DNA of 64,000 nucleotides from Lama guanicoe (taxonomy: Eukaryota), in the NCBI GenBank assembly GCA_013239625.1, contig MU054187.1, positions 14,046,974 to 14,110,973 of the forward strand, given 5' to 3'. The notes below the pieces were generated by a model. It was not told the origin of the DNA, searched no databases, and saw nothing but the letters and a program-made list of their open reading frames with translations. The position numbers and the translations under genes are program-made. Positions 63,715 through 64,000 of this stretch are shown here, in pieces. Every line of letters starts with the position of its first letter. The stretch's first letter is position 1.

Positions 63715-64000
63715 TAGTGACTTCCTGAAAATGGCAGAGTAAGGGGGCTCCAAAGAGCCTTCCCTCTACTGAAATGACTTAAGCTGGCAGAAACTTGGAG
63801 TCAACTTTCTGAAACTAGTAACTGGGTAGTACTTAATGAAGAAAGGCTACTTAATTTTGGTAAGAGGATTTCGGTGTTTAACCCTGCTTGAAGGGCTAAG
63901 TGGCCTGTGTTCTTGTGCGGCTGGATGCTACGTGAGGGGGCAATACGGACCTTGTGCTCAGATTGTGGTTGTGTGTTTTGGCCTGTCGGGCAGTTCCCGG
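63715..64000 (+). mobile_element. Old L1M 5' end, running out of the window
   Basis: gacttcctgaaaatggcagagtaaggg...agtcaactttct. Confidence 0.55.

Noticed and set aside
1..64000. Telomeric TTAGGG arrays (autoregulatory TRF1 sites), CRISPR arrays, prokaryotic-type systems
   Set aside because: Only isolated TTAGGG hexamers were seen; no repeat-spacer array; the sequence is plainly mammalian

Overview
Mammalian genomic DNA, most likely camelid, judged from six tRNA-derived SINE copies resembling Vic-1. It holds one complete protein-coding gene, TERF1 (TRF1, shelterin telomeric dsDNA-binding protein), on the + strand: 10 coding exons from ATG 32145 to TGA 61700, 1308 nt, 435 aa, all GT-AG introns. 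It has a CpG-island promoter and a 3' UTR to about 62.8 kb. Bases 1 to ~8.6 kb are AT-rich, nearly repeat-free and end in AATAAA; by synteny this is probably the long 3' UTR of KCNB2 (inference). Bases 9-31 kb are intergenic and dense in MIR, L1, MaLR/ERV LTRs, MER DNA transposons and microsatellites. The most notable unexplained structures are inside TERF1: (1) a 471-bp apparently perfect inverted repeat bracketing exons 3-4; (2) a 37-38-bp duplication of the last-exon splice acceptor around an L1 tip, creating a rival CAG|TAA acceptor with its own AATAAA that would give a Myb-less TRF1; (3) an antisense RPL31 retrocopy inserted at the exon 9 acceptor; (4) an L1 insertion that duplicates the exon 2 donor. 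Repeat family names come from recalled consensus sequences, not a database search. There is a 271-N assembly gap at 35458-35728.
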